NCBI GenBank assembly: GCA_030390025.1
Contig: CM059434.1
Span: 85,126,001-85,190,000 of the forward strand
Source: Squalus acanthias
Lineage: Eukaryota
Length of the DNA stretch: 64,000 bases
Reading direction: 5' to 3'
Under the pieces are notes generated by a model. That model ran no database searches, had not been told where the DNA came from, and was given only the letters and a program-made list of their open reading frames with translations. Shown one piece after another: positions 12,501 through 27,700 of the stretch. The stretch's first letter is position 1. Each line of letters starts with the position of its first letter. A program made the position numbers and the translations under genes.

Positions 12501-15500
12501 CTGAATGCCCATTTATCTAAATTCGCAAAATCTAATGTAACTTCAAAATAAACTTACTTCACATATAAAGTATGTATATTCTTCTGTACAAGGCTAAAAC
12601 ATTTCATGTTGCTACTTACAAGCTAAATTAACCCCTGGCCCCCTACATAGGTACATGGTCTTTTCTCGTCTAGCAATTCCTAAGATCCATCTAGCTCGCC
12701 TTCTACCATCCTGGTAGTACACAATTCTACTGTGTATTTAACTGGATTTTCAATTACCAAAAGGTCAAAAGGAATAAAACAGATACAATGTGTGCTTTTT
12801 TCATCAATCGGAGCTCATCTTAACCGTTTTGTCACTTATACCTGTCCTCACCAGTGATGTGTCAAGAGTGAACAAGTACTAGCCACACTCTTGGGTGTTT
12901 GAAATACACAAATCGGTTCAGCAGCTAGCATTTTAATGATAAATGTAGATTTATTTACTGGGTATCTTTTGTAATTTTAACAGTAAGCACTCTGAGGTCA
13001 TATCCACTGATGTACAGGGCTATTACAGTATCATCTTATAGAATGGGTTTTCAAAACATCTGTGGAAGAGCATAGATTGTACTGCTACCTATCCTATTCT
13101 GTTCAAAGGTGAGTGTGGCGATTAATTCTAGTCATTTACATTCAGAGCATGAAAAGACTGTAGCAGGCTAGAAAATGAAACTGCTGTATCTCTGTAATCA
13201 GCCTCTTCAGATACCTCTTCAAACTCTGTTCCAGTGCTTCACTTCTTATCTACTTATTTGATTTCAATCCCATCTCTTCTCTCTCCTTGGTTTCATTCAA
13301 TGTTCCAACCCCTCACCTTTCCCTCACTCTGCTCTGATCTCTCACATTTCCCTCACTCTTTCCCCCCCCAATCCCTCATCCTTCCCTCACACTCTTCCCA
13401 TGCTCCCTCGCACTGTTCTACTCCTTTACCCCTTTCCTACCCTTCTCCTCACTTTGTTCCAATCCCTCACCCTTCCCTTATTCAGTTCCAACCCTTCACT
13501 CTACCCTCATTCTTGCGCCATTGCTCACTCTTCCATCACACTGTTCCGATCCCTCACCCTTTTCCAGTGCCTCACCTTTTTTCCCAATGCCCCACCCTTT
13601 CCCTCACTGTTCCAACCCTCTACCCTCTGTCTTTTCCCGTGCCCCTTTCCTTCATTCTGTTCCAATGCTATCCATTGTTTTGTTTTTTAAATCAACTGCA
13701 TTGTTCTTGGTGTTTTGAACTTGAAAATATAATACATGATCTCCCTGGACACCATATTGCATTTGCCATGGCAACATTCTTGCAGCAATTGGACCGATTG
13801 GGACAGCTTCAGTTGTCTGATGTTCATATTGAACAGTGACAGTGGTGCAGGATTGGTCTTTTCAAGAATATCCACCAAGAATTATTTTAGAATATGTTCC
13901 ATTTTGACAGTCCACCAATTAGTTTGTGAAAAAACACACTTCACACAATATACTGGTGGGGAACTGACAACCACAAAAGGCACAGCTTTGATTTCATAAA
14001 CAATCATCACTCAGCCAATGCTAAAGTGGGGGTTTTCAGATATGCCACAATTAAGTTTCCATGAATGTCATTCAAGTCCTACCTTGTATATCACATTGAT
14101 ATTTTTGCCCAAAGGGTCTGCATTGATGAAAGAAATTTTCAGAGGAACAGCATTTGAGGTGAAATACGAACAAGCCTTTTCACAAAGAGAAAAACATGGA
14201 AATATAAGCATCATAAAAAAATGGTAACACTTGCATTGGATAAACATTTGAGGCATAAGAAGATACAGGTAGTGAGCAGGCCACTAGGACAAGTTTTGGA
14301 TTGCTTTAACAAAGAGCCAACACAGACTGATGACATCCTCGAGTTAGTGGTAGTGCTCTCCCTTCTGACTCAATAAGTCAGGGGTTCAAGTCCCACTACT
14401 AGCCTTAACATATAATCTAGGTTGGCACTCATGTTCACTACTAAGGGAATGCTTCATTGTAGGATGTGCTGTCTTTCAGGTAAGTTGTTAAATTGAGGCC
14501 CTGTCTGCCCGTTAAAGGTGCATGTAGAAGATCTCATGGCATATTTGGAGAAGAGCAGGGAGTTCTCCATGCTGTCCTGGCCAACATGAATCCCTCAACC
14601 AACTCCTCCAAAAATGGACTATCTGGTTATTTATCTCATTTACTGTTTGTGGAATTGTGCTCTTCACAAATTGGCTGCCCTGTTCGCCTATAAAACAGTG
14701 ACTACACTTCAAAAATAAATTCCATCAATTGTGAAATGGTTTGGGTAAATCCTGAGGACGTGAAAGATGCTACATAAAAATAAGTTCTTTCTTTATATAC
14801 TTCACATGAATGAATAAGGCCAATCAGAACATCTAGGCCCAAACCTTAGAAAAAGAGTCTGTAAATTATTTCACAGGGAGATTTAAAAAAAAGTCTTGTG
14901 TCAGCATAATACACCATGCAAATGCAGTACACACCCTCCTGCATTAGGAGAATGTTAATCACGCTCAAGAAATAACCATTTTGCACTGGGTCACATGATG
15001 TTTCTATAGAAACAGTTCCTCAGAGTACACCAGATACGTTGGAGCCTGGATCCCTGTGTTTCGAATCATGATGTCAAGCTAATCTCAGAAAAGCACCTCA
15101 TTTAAACAACACACACATTATTTTGTTCGACTGCTTGCAATCCAAGATTGAGAGCCAAGGCTGTGGAACCGAAGCAATTTTGTTTTAAGCACAGGCCTTG
15201 AAGCTATTACACTCCTTGTAATTTATTTCCCTTGTGACATCTTCCAGATATCAGACAATGTGGATCATTATTCACCTCACTCTGCGCTGAATTTCAATCC
15301 ATTTTCAAATTTAAAAATCACCATTTCACTCTTTGGGGTGAATGTTAACACTCAACTCTTTCAGTAAACAATGTTTTTCTGTTGCAATAAAATTAAATGT
15401 GTTGGTTTGAGAAGAAACGAGAGGTGTTATTGCACTGACTGCAGTTTGGAACTCTGGGAAGTTTTGACTGGCACAGTTTAGATGTTTTGCAAAAACTAAC

Positions 15501-18500
15501 TAGCTCTGTAAGAAAGATAAATCTATTTCATTTTCTGCTTGGCTCAGTTAGTAACACACTCGCCTGAGTCAGAAGGTTGCAGGTTCAAATCCTGGAGTGG
15601 GACTTGAATACAAAATCTAGGATGACACTTCAATGCAGTACTGAAGGAGTGCTGCATTGTCGGAGGTGCCACCTTTCAGGTGACAGACAAGTGAGAAATA
15701 ATTGCACTGGACCTGCTGCACCAAGAGTCTCAGTGTCAATACTTTGCAGTTAATTTGTAACTATAATGCTTTTTAAAACAATCAAAAGGAGGAACTTGCA
15801 TTTATATAATGCCTTTAATCTTCTCAGGATGTCGCAAGGTACTTCACAACCAATGAATTACTTTGTAAGTTCAGTCAATGTTTTGTAGGCAAACACAGCA
15901 GCCAATTTGTGCACAGTGAATTAGCAGTTAATTGTTTTTTTTGGATGTTATTGGTTGAGGGAGGAATATTGGCCAGGACACCAGGAGAATGCCCCACTCT
16001 TTTTCCTATTTGACTCTAAGCTGAGCATCCCACCCCACATCCCCATCATCCCCAAGACCACCTATTTCCACCTCCGTAATATTACCCGTCTACACCTTGC
16101 CTCAGCCCATCTGCTGCTGAAACCCTCATTCATGCTTTTGTTACTTCGAGACTTGACTATTCCAATGCTCTCTTGGCCACTTTCCACCCTCCATAAACTT
16201 GAGCTCATCCAAAACTCTGCTGCCCGGATTCTAACTCGCACCAAGTCCTGTTCACCCTTCACCCCATAAAATAAAATAGAAACGGAGCATTGCGCTGAAA
16301 GTGCTGATTCTTAATATTTAATCCTGTTTCTTAACACCAAACAACTGTAGCTTTGGGCACAGAACAGCAAGAAACACTTCCTCAAGGAGCTTTCTGAACT
16401 GCTCTGGTTCCCATTCGTTCTTTCTGATTTCTTAAATGCTGACTAAGTCAGAACACGACAGTAACTTTTAATTATGCGCCACTCCCATAATAATGAAAGA
16501 AAGAGAATATGGATGAGTATCTTGTTCTCCTAGTTTTTCAAGTTAAGTGTCAGCTTACTTCAGTGGTAGCTTGTTCACTGCTAAGTCATGAGTTCAAGCC
16601 CCGATCTAGGCCTTGAGCAGGTAATCTAGGCTGACACTTCAGTGCAGTACTGAGGGAGTGCTGCATTATTAGAAAGACTGTCATTTAGATGAAATGTTAA
16701 ACTGATGTCCTGTCTGTCTGTTCAGGTGGACGTAAAAGATCCCATAGCACTACTCGAAGAGGAGTGGGTCACCTGGTCAACATGTATCCCTGAACCAACA
16801 TCACTATAAAAGATTGTCTGGTCATTTATCTCACTTGCTGTTTGTAGGACCTTGCTATGTATAAATTGGCTGTCACATCTGCCTACATAACAGTGATTAC
16901 ACTTCAGAAATAATTCATTGGCTGTGAAGTGCTTTGAGGCAGCCGGAGGATGTGAAAGATGCTATATAAATGTATGTTCTTTCTTTAGTGTACCTCACCT
17001 AACCGCTTACGGACGTTTGAGAACAAAGGATAGGAAAAGACCACCTCGTCCATTAAGCCTGTCCCATACTGTTATGGTGCAGATCATACACATCATTGAC
17101 CCCCTCCCCCAAGCAGTCAGCCCAGCAATCTCCTGAGACAGGCAAAACTGTAGGCCGATTTTAGGTGAAAAAAACACTTTGGGAAATTCCTCTCTGACTC
17201 CCGAAGGTGATTAAACGAGTTCTAGGAGTCCACAGTGACTGGGAGACACATCCCCAATACCCCACCTACCTTCTCCACAGTGACTGGGAGACACATCCCC
17301 AATACCCCACCTACCTTCTCCACAGTGACTGAAAGACACATCCCCAAAGAGGGCGCAAAGCAATTGGTGCCCGGGTGCGGTGCCGCCCACAAAATTCAGC
17401 GGGAGGTTAGCGGCGGCGCTAACCGGTAGCGCCCCGCGGTGCTGCGCCACCGGCGATGACATCATCGACGTGCACAGCGCCCCAGCCGCGATCTTCAGGA
17501 GTGCCCCCTGACTTACTGCCGGACCATATGTCCGATGGGGTCAGGGGGGCCTACCTGCGGCCGGGGTGGCGCAATTTAAAGGCGAGGTGCGGGGCGGCCA
17601 TTTTTGTTGCTGGCCGCCTGCCAGCACCTGCCTGCGCTCCCGTCCCCGGCCTCCTGAACGCCCCCCGCGGAGTGCCAGCTGCGCTCCATGAGCCCGGCAC
17701 TTCGAGTGCTGGGCTCTTTTGCTGGCACTCCCGATCCCCGGGGACCCAGCTGGGCCCTGGGTCACGCTGCGCAAGGCCCCTCTTTAAGGGGAGGAAGGCC
17801 TGCAATACCGTGGCACGTAGCGGTGCGATATTGACACACAGCACCCTAAGAGGTATGCGGTGCGCTTCTAGTAGTGCCCCGCTTCCCTCTTGGGGTGCAA
17901 CCACTCAAGTTCCGGCGCGGGGGCGCTAATTATTCCGGGACGCTAAAAGTAGCGCCCCGACAAAGTTAGCGTCCCAAATGGGGCGCTACTCAATTTTTAG
18001 CCCTATGCTTTTCTAGGTTAAAAAGACCAGCTGTCTCAGCCTATCATGGTAACCAAGGGCCTTTAAACTAGCTATCAGTTTAGTGTCCCCCTCGGCACCA
18101 TTTCCAGGGCCTGTATATCAGCCACTCTGTCAGAAGACTAAAACTGGACACAGGATTTTAGATGGGCCCTAAACAAAGGTCTTATACAAGGACAGCATAG
18201 TATCTTTTGTTTTGTATTTAATCATCCTGACAAAACTTCCGAGCAGTCTATTTGCTTTTGCAGTAGCCTCGTGACACTGATCGTGAACCTTTCGAGATTC
18301 ACCTAGGTCTTATTCCCACTCAACATCCTTAAGTTCCTAACCCTGCATGGAATACATATGCTTAGCATTATTCCTACTCACATGGATAATACAACATTTA
18401 TCCATATTAAATGACGTCTATGGGCCCATTGCCTTATCATATCTAGATCTGCTTGTAATCTATTTTTTTCTCATCTAAGGTTCCAACACCTGCACAAATC

Positions 18501-21500
18501 TTTGCGTCATCCATGAACTTGCAGATAGTTTCCCCAGATCACTAATAAAGATGGTGAAGAGCAATGGCTCTTAAACCAATCCTTGCTGGACTCGACTAGT
18601 AACAGACCCCACGTAGAATCGCTGCCATTCAAAACATCCTGCTGCCTACAAGAACGCAACCAATTCCTGCTCCAACCCAAAATCTGCCCTCTGATCCCAC
18701 AGGATCCTATCAATGCCTATTGTGCATTGTTAAAATTTCAAAATCAAGGCATGCAATGTCAATTAGGACTACCTACATCCACCAACTGAGTAACTGCCTC
18801 AAAAAATTTAACCAGTGACCTTCTTTAATGGAAGCCATGCTGAGAGTCTCTAATAACCCCTTCTCTGTCTCAGTGGCCACACTGAGTATCTCCAATGATC
18901 CCATCCAGCAACTTGCCTATATCCAAAGTCAAGCTAATGGGCCTGTAATTTCCCGGTTCTGACTTATTGCCCCCGATTAATGGCAATGACTTTGTTTTTT
19001 TTTTAAATCATTCACGGGATGTGGTCACTGCTGGCACGAACAGCATTTATTGCCCATCCCTAATTGCCCTCGAGAAGGTGGTGGTGAGCCGCCTTCTTGA
19101 ACTACTGCAGTCCGTGTGGTGAAGGCCCTCCCACAGTGCTGTTAAGGAGTTCCAGGATTTTGACCCAGCGACGATGAAGGAACAGCGATATAAGTCAGGA
19201 TGGTGTGTGACTTGGAGGGGAACTTGGAGGTGGCGGTGTTCCCATGCGCCTGCTGCCCTTGTCCTTCTAGTTGGTAGAGGTCGCAGGTTTAGGAACTGCT
19301 GCCGAAGAAGACTTGCCGAGTTTTTTGGACATTCAAAAATACGATGTTTAAGAGGACAGAAAAAAAATAGGAAAACTTTAAAGATTGTGCAGTAATTCAG
19401 AACCTCGGCCAACCAGGATCATCTCTGTAAATAAGTCATGAGGCAGCAGCAGTTTCTATGTGAACTTACAGTGGCGTCAATGCCTTTTACTGCAAATGCA
19501 GGATTCAATGGCAGGCGGCAAACATGCTCCTGGTAGAAGAATTTCTCTACTTCTTCAATCTCTTTCATTAATAAAGTCTGCAACATGAAAACAATAAAAC
19601 ATTATCATTCTTTATTTCCATGCAAAAAAAAACTAGAACAGTAAAATATGCACCTTGGCAAAGTAGTCAAAACAATCATCATACCAGAATAAAGTGGACA
19701 GTTTTCTTCTTCGTACAGAGAGAGGCCCAGCCATAAGAAACTGAAGGATAAATTGAGTGATCCAGTGCCTCCCAAAGATGAACTATGCTCAAGAGGTTGG
19801 ATAATTTTCCCAGGTTATATAAAGGGCTGATTTTTCTGTATGCTGCAGCACTTCCACTGGGGGGAGGGTGTAATTACAGTGCGACATCTTTACATAGGTA
19901 ACGTGGACATGGGAATTTATAATGGATAAAAGCTGACAAAGTACATGGAGATATCAGATTCCTAAGTATATTATACAATAGAGATTTAAGTTATACATAA
20001 GCTTTGGAATAGTGTACTGGAGCAAAGAGCAAATAATACCGACCACATCAGACACTGTCTCTAGGTGCAGATATACTGATCAGAACCAAATCATGTCCAG
20101 CCTCAAAAATCATGAGGTTTCAGGATTGACTGTGCAGTCTGTCAGTTTTGCAGAGAAAATCAGTGAATCTAATGAGGAATAACTTACCTGATAGTTCTGT
20201 GGGTGAATGTACTATGCAGTACGGTACTGAGCCCTACGTACTGATAAGCTCCCAGCTTTGATCCCTCGTCACTGCTCAGTTGCCTATCTCTGCTGGGGTG
20301 GGGGGAAGGCTTCTACATTTAGACTTTAGGGGGGGAAACTTGGTGTCGTCCCGTTTGGGGCACAATTATCGGCCGGGCGCAAAGTTTAGCGCCTGGCGCT
20401 AATTATTGCCTCCAACTGCAAACTTGGCTTCTATCGCCCCTGGAGGTGATTGGAGCGCTAAATCAGGCGCTACACACCTGTCTTAAGGTGCTAACGCCGA
20501 GGAGCGAGGCGCTACCTCAGAGCGCTGGCGAAGCTCATGTGATGTCAGTCAGCAATGGAACACAGACACACTGGCGCTGGCCAGTTCTTAAAGGGGACAG
20601 TCGATCTTGCTCGCCTTGAATCTCGGCCTGGAGAGACCTGTACATCAAATCTGCTGGAAAGAACAATGGAGGCCCAGGGAAAGAGCTCAGAGTGCAGCCC
20701 CCATAGTCTTTTCTAAATCGATGCAAGGAAGGTCAAATCAAAATGAACCTGCAAAGTGCTGCTCAGTACCCAAAACTCCTTCACACAGTGTTGAATCTCT
20801 CCAGAAGTCTCTCTCTCTCAGAATGCATGGTGCAAAAATGTCGCCGACAAAAAAGGCTGGAAGCGCTCCCCCAGTCCCTTCCTAACTGCAAAACGCTCCC
20901 CTCAACCTGTCGTTGCTAGCGGCAGGCGGAAAGGCAGGGGGCGCCACTCAATATCCGGTCCGGGGCGCTACACGCTTGACTGAAGTCACGATTTGCGGGC
21001 GCAGGAGATCGTGGTGGCAGCGTTTTGCGCCGCCACAAAATGTCTGGTCAATTTTGCGAGCGGTGCAAACATCACCGCGCCCGGGCGCTAGTTGCTTTGC
21101 GCCCTCTTAGGGCACTAACGGGAGGCGCAAAGCAACCACATTTTCCCCCCTAGTACTCTAAGCTAGGAAGATGGATGGGGAAAAAGCAGTCAGGGTCCCT
21201 GCTCCCAATTGATGTCCACTGCTGGAAACTGTGCGGATGTCAGGCGAGGACAAGAGGAGGCTTAACTGATGCGATGTCCCCTGCAGTTCAACAGCCTGCC
21301 GACACCGATAGTCTGAGCTCACCCTTGACGAATAGCCATTACCTGGGAAACCACATCCCAGAATGGCAAGAATCAGCTCCGAGGATAGGAAGGGAGGAAA
21401 GCCCTCCCCATCCCAATCGTTTATGCTGAACATTTATTAATAATGCCAATACTTTCTGAACCACCTATCCATACAGGCCAACCTAGAAAATGTAGCAAAA

Positions 21501-21717
21501 ATGGAGTAGTGGTAAAAATGGCTACTTGGGCAAGTTACTGGAGAGCAGTTGGTGCCCATATCCAAGCACGGATCACTCCTTCTGGAGAGGCTGGGAAACA
21601 ATTGGGGGGTGAGGGGTAAAGTTTGATTATAAAATTGGGAAACAGTTAAAATTAATAAAAAGGAAGAACCTTACCATTGGGAAACAGTTAAAATTAATAA
21701 AAAGGAAGAACCTTACC

Positions 21718-21762
<45 letters not shown>

Positions 21763-24700
21763 CACATACACAAAGATAATGACTCTATTTGTATTGAAAA
21801 TTGACTCCCTGGCATCCTGACATCAGGCCTAGGCATTGGCTAAGTAAGTGGCCTTTATGTAGAGTAAGCATTTACCAAAGAGGCCATTGGACAGACCTTG
21901 CTTGTACTCACCGAGCGCTTTGATTGGTCAGCTGCCCAGACTTTCTCAGCCACCTCAGCCAACCTGTCGATGAGCTTGGTCTCTTTGTCAAATTCTTCTC
22001 GCATGGCTTGCCCTGAACAGCAGAGCACAGTAGCCAACAGCTGGCTGTACCGGCCCCTGAACTGAGAGTCTGCCAGGCAATCCTTCAGTAACCTGCGGAG
22101 GAACACAAAGAACAATCTCAACTCGAGACTGCAGCTGCACTCGTCCCACCTCGTTGACGGAATTACTTCAAAAATCAGGAACACTGGAACGGTCAAACGT
22201 TTCCTTTAAAGCACGGGATTCTAGATAATGTTCTGCAACATATTAGGGGAAATTTTCCCCAAAGGAGCAATCCTTTGGTGCTAATATCAGGCCAGGACTA
22301 TTTGAAGATGGGCATTAAGATAGTGCTGACATCAACGACTGCTCATCAGACACACTCGCCCCACCCCCGTAGCTTATGCTGAATATTAATAATGCCAATA
22401 CTTTCTTAACCACGTATCCATACAAAACAACTTAGAAAATAAAGCAGAAAGCTGCCCAACAGCTTCAAAGAAGCCAACAGCTCATAACAGCCCTGAGTGC
22501 CAATGTGAGGACAAGGAATTAGACGTATGCTGCAGCTGTGCCCGCTAGTGGATCACTTTTACTCTGGGGAAAAATCTGAAATACAGAAAAGAGCAGTTGG
22601 CAGTAGTGGTGGATTTAAAAATTGCTGAAGGAGAATGGGACGTGAAGTAGGACATTCAGACCCTCGAGCCTGCTCCGCCATTCAATTAGATCATGGCCGA
22701 TTTGCATCTTAACTCCATTTACCCGCCTTTCAATTAGCTCCATATCCCTTGATACCCTTACCTAAAAAAAAAATCAATCACAGTCTTGAAAGTTCCAAGT
22801 GACCCAGGATCCATAGACTTTTGGGGAGAGAATTCCAGATTTCTATTACCCTTTGTATGAAGAAATTTCCTGAATTCCCACCTAAATGGCCTAGTTTTAA
22901 TTTTAAGATTGTGTCCCCTTGTTCTTCATTCCCTCACCAGAGGAAATAGTTTCTCTGTATCTAAAACGTTAAAAGGATTCAATAGGGTAAACACCTCAAT
23001 CAGATCATCCCTCAATTTTCTATAAAGAGAATACAAGCCAAGTTTATGCAAAGTGTCTCATAATTTAACCTTCTAAGACCCGGTATCATTCTGGTGAATC
23101 TGCGCTGCACCCCCTCCAAGGCCAATATATCCTTCCTGAGGTGTGGTGCCCAGAACTGAACACAGTGCTCCAGATGGGGTATTTCTGCTCCCTTGAGATA
23201 AAGTCTAACATTCCATTAGCCTTTTTGATTACTTTTTGTACCTGCCTATGAGCTTTAACAGGAGACCGAGGCTGGGGTTTCTGCTCCCGAGCTCGCCAAG
23301 AGGCAATGTTCCCTCCATAAAAGTGAATGGACGGAAAATTGTGGGCTGGCGATCGCAGTAGTGGAAAACCATGGCCTTATTTTCCAGGAGGTCTTGGGGG
23401 AGATTGACTGTGCACTTTATTTGGCACATTTTACAGCATCTCAGAGTCCCTCACACCAAAAATAATTTCACAAGACAATAACTGCCATCTGTCCCCTCCC
23501 TGGACTCCATGGTAATCCAGGGGAAGGTGAACAGGGAATACCTGGACTGAGTTTATGCCGAGTCAGTATCATTGAAACCTTTGATGATGGGTCGTACCAT
23601 CTTTACATCAAACTTAAAAATACAGGAGTCTGGAACGTACTGCTGGTGATTGGTGGCAGATGATTGAAGTATTCGTGTGACATTCCTTTGTCCTAGTTTA
23701 ACTGAGCCACAAACCTATTTAAAATATATTGGTCAACACCTCCTTTAAAATAGCACTCAGAGCAATGTCACACAAGCATGTTTAGCTTTCATTTGCTATT
23801 ATCCTTTGAGTGAATTTTCCAGCCTATGTTTCTCTTGTCAAAATGTTTGTTTTCTCATGCTGGAAACAACAATCATTGCACTAAAAGTGTATGAAAGTCG
23901 GATTTGCAGGAAGAAATGCTGGAAGAAGGAATTGTATGCTCCCAGGCACACATGACCCAAGCGAGTCCTGTCTTAATGTAACTCCTCATCATACCCTGTG
24001 GATACCGACCGCTCCAATGTGGATGGTGCAGGCTTTCTTCTGAGTTACTGCATGGTAATAAAGAGACACCCACCAGGAGCGTGCAAACAAAATTAAAAAT
24101 GAGCTCTCATAGTTACAGAATACAACCGAGTGCCAAGTCCCGTTCACCCATTATCCCTGTGATAGCTCCCGGTCCACCAACACCTCAAACTTAAAATTAT
24201 CATCCTTGTGTTCAAATCCTTCCATGACGTCGCCGTTCTCTATCTCTGTAACCTTCTCCAGTTCCCTCCGAGAACTCTGCGTTCCTCCAACTCTGGTCTC
24301 TTGCGCATCCCCCAACTCTGGTCTCTTGCGCATCCTCCAACTCTGGTCTCTTGCGCATCCTCCAACTCTGGTCTCTTGCGCATCCTCCAACTCTGGTCTC
24401 TTGCGCATCCTCCAACTCTGGTCTCTTGCGCATCCTCCAACTCTGGTCTCTTGCGCATCCCCCACTTCCTTTTCCCCGCCATTGGTGACCGTGCCTTCAG
24501 CCGTCTCGGCCCCAAGCTCTGGAATTCCCTCCCCAAACTCTCTACCTCTCTCTCCTCCTTTAAGACACCCCTTAAAACCTACCTGTTTGACCAAGCTTTT
24601 GGTCATCTGTCCTAATGTCTCTTTCTTTGGCTCAGTGTCAATTTTCTTTCTGATTACACTCCTGTGAAGCACCTTGGGATGTTTTACTACGTTAAAGGTG

Positions 24701-27700
24701 CTATATAAATGCACGTTGTTGTTGTTACTACAACTCACCTACGAACAGGCATCACACATCACAGTAATGCTGTAGTCTAAATCCTAAATACCACCATCTC
24801 AATGTAAATTTTTTTAATTAAGTAAAACTTAAACACCATTCCAACCCCACTCCCTATTTAATTTCCAAACCCAGGCAATTCTGTAAATACAGTGACTGGA
24901 ATGCTCAAATAAAGGCAATTAATCACACCACGGATCATTCCCCTTGTATCAAAAAGCAGCTGCAACTAGTCTTGAAGAATTTTGGCACTAATAAGAAAAA
25001 GTAAATAAGATGACAGCTGGGCATATCCCAGAATAAACCTTTAAGGAAAATTAAAAGTTCAAAAAAAAAATGCATTTTAGTACCTTACTGGTTATGTGTG
25101 AATTTCTTTGGGAACAAACATTAAACACACACACGCAATTGTGACTCAGAAGCATCCGCTCATCTTAAACTGTTCTGCCTCAGGTTCATGTGCAACCAAC
25201 AGTGGGAGAAAGTAATATCCAATTTATTGTGACAGGCGACATTCCCACCCTTCAACTGATCTGTTTGCTTCTGACAACCTCCAGTCTCAGTGCAAAAAGC
25301 TGGTGTTTCCAAAGCTAAGAAGCTGGCACATGGGCTGATAAACTACCAGCGTAGGATGATGATGATGATGATGCTGTAATCACATCTGGAGCAACCTGAA
25401 GGTTATTTTTATCCCTCTTCTAACCTTCTCCACGTGCCTTCCTTTGAGTCCCGTTTCTTACACGTTGACACCCATTTTCAAGTATTCGTCCTGCTTCTTC
25501 CCAAGCTAGGGGACACTAGCTAACTGGATAGATCTTATACTGACTGAGATATCGCAACTTCCAATAACATTCCCAAAGTCTCCTTTTTTTTTTTTTAAAG
25601 AGCAAGAAATAACTGCGCTAATTTCTGAAAGAAGCATGAAAAAGGCAGGAGATGGGGGAAGGAAAACACAGTCACCAGGAGAGGTTATAGCAGCCGGATA
25701 TGTAGCTGCAATCTGCAACTTAACATCAATGGGCTACGTACAAGATGGCGCATGCGTGGTTGTTTTTATGTTGCTCCAGCTGCTGCGGAATATAAACAAG
25801 CCGATTAAACAGCACCTGGGACCTTAGCCAGCATATAAACACTAAATAAAAGATAGTTTTACTGTCTGGGGATCTGTTACAGACTGGTGCAAAGCTTGAA
25901 AGCCAGCGGAGCAGATAGTACTGAGTGTTCCAAGTATAAAGCATCGATTGCCAACTCCAGTCTACAGTAGGCACAGTAGTAATCCTGCAGAATGAAGCTT
26001 TACCCCAGGTGTCTTTTATCTAGCTGCACGACTGCTCAGCTGTGAAGTTTATTCTCAACTATTTTAGACTTGGTTTTGAAAGGATGGGTTTTCTAACCTG
26101 TGCTAGTTTTCAACAACATCCCAAGCCCCTGCCGGTCACGTTCTGCTGGCTGCAGCCCGATCTGGATGGCCGTTCATGTCGTAATTGAGCATTAAACTGC
26201 AGCAAAGCAACGAGAGATTGGAGCAGGCGGAGGAAAAGTGGCTTTCTGTGTCACACTGGCTGTCGATCTGCTACCAGGTTTCATGTAAATGTGTACTCAG
26301 TCAGCTGGGGTACCTCCATTGGAGGTAATGCTACTGGGGGTCATTTTAAGTTTTAGCTATAGCGTTAAATGGGCCATATCGAGTAAGCTGCCCATTATAC
26401 ACCACATGGCCAATTTTCCCTTCCATTAACTTCAATGGGAATGAAAATCGGGAGAGATGTATAATGGACGGTCGACCCGATATCGGCCACTTTAAACTAT
26501 CACCAAAAGTTAACATTACCGCCAATGGGTAGCCCAGTCCACAGAGAAAACCCTGCAAATACATAAAACCACAAAGTTTTGTGAGTTGCCTGACGCCGCT
26601 GGAGTGAAATGCGCCCATGCCGTGTGGTGCCAATGATAAGTCGGGTATGTTACCCACATGCTGCCCCGGTGCTGGCAGCAGTTCTTTAAAAAGAACGTCC
26701 TCTGATTCAGCTGCAGTGAACACAGGACTGTCTTGGATTAAGCATCAGTTCACGTTGAGGTGATGGGGGAAAGAGGGTGGACGACTCTTTGATGCCACTT
26801 CAGTGGGATTCACCATCTGGCTGCAGTCGCCTCAGGAACAGAGTCTTGTTTGGGTCTGGGGAAAGCGCAGTGGGTAAAACCCAGGAGGCAGCACGCTGGC
26901 TTTGGGTCACTTGTGCATTTGGTGATCTTTTTGGGTCTTCCAGTGGGTTCTTGGGCATGGCCAGAAGACGTCCAATGCTGAGCCCTTTCTGATGAAGCCT
27001 CTCCATCCGGGACCCTAGGGTTCAACGCGTGCTGGTGAGCAGTGGAAGACAGAAGTTGACTGTAGCAATGAACCTCGCTCTCAAGAATGTTGCCGCGGAT
27101 CTGGGGGCCACTTTACCGCCTTGTTTCCACCGAGCGCAGGGGGTGAAAATCAGGACCGTGCTGACCCTGAATTAGAAAGGATCTTTTTAATGTCGTTTTT
27201 ACAAAAACGTGAGAGGCAGGTGGTGGTTGATCTTACCCGTGGGGGGACAGGGCGAGGAGCGCTGGCACTGCCCGCCCGAACACCCTGCCGAGAGGCTCGA
27301 GCCAACTTAAGGGGCAGGCCTCATTTCAATATCGCAGGTGAGCTGCAAGCGTTGTGTCGTCCCCGCAGGCTGCTTGCTGGTCGGGGCGGGGTCAATAATT
27401 CCAGCAGCACTGATGCCGAGCCGAACTGCAAGTTATATCCTGGTGGGGGTGGGGGGCAGACAGTGGGACGGAAGATTTTTGTGGGGCCAGGAATTGTGAC
27501 CCCATAATTACGTTTTAAAAAGCACTCAAAAAACCTTCTCTTGAGTGGCCTGCAGCATTCCTATTAAAGGGGTGCTTGGTAGGCCACTCAACGTCTGTGA
27601 ACCACCGCGGTGAGTACACCTGGGCCACCAAAGCAGAGGCCCCATCCGAAATGGTGGCGGTCGGGAGCAGAGTGGGAAGTATGTTGCTGCGGATCCAGGG

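Noticed and set aside
13234-13839. 201-aa Pro/Ser/Leu/Phe-rich ORF
   Set aside because: It is a product of pyrimidine-rich low complexity with no recognisable domain.
17456-17929. Overlapping ORFs in GC-rich blocks (also 20535-21110, 38513-39153 and 55925-56431)
   Set aside because: These are stop-poor MITE interiors, open in several frames, with no motifs. The poly-Ala comes from a CAG repeat.
24284-24458. CRISPR-like array
   Set aside because: The units are head-to-tail with no spacers, lie inside an L2 fragment, and no cas genes are present. The DNA is vertebrate.
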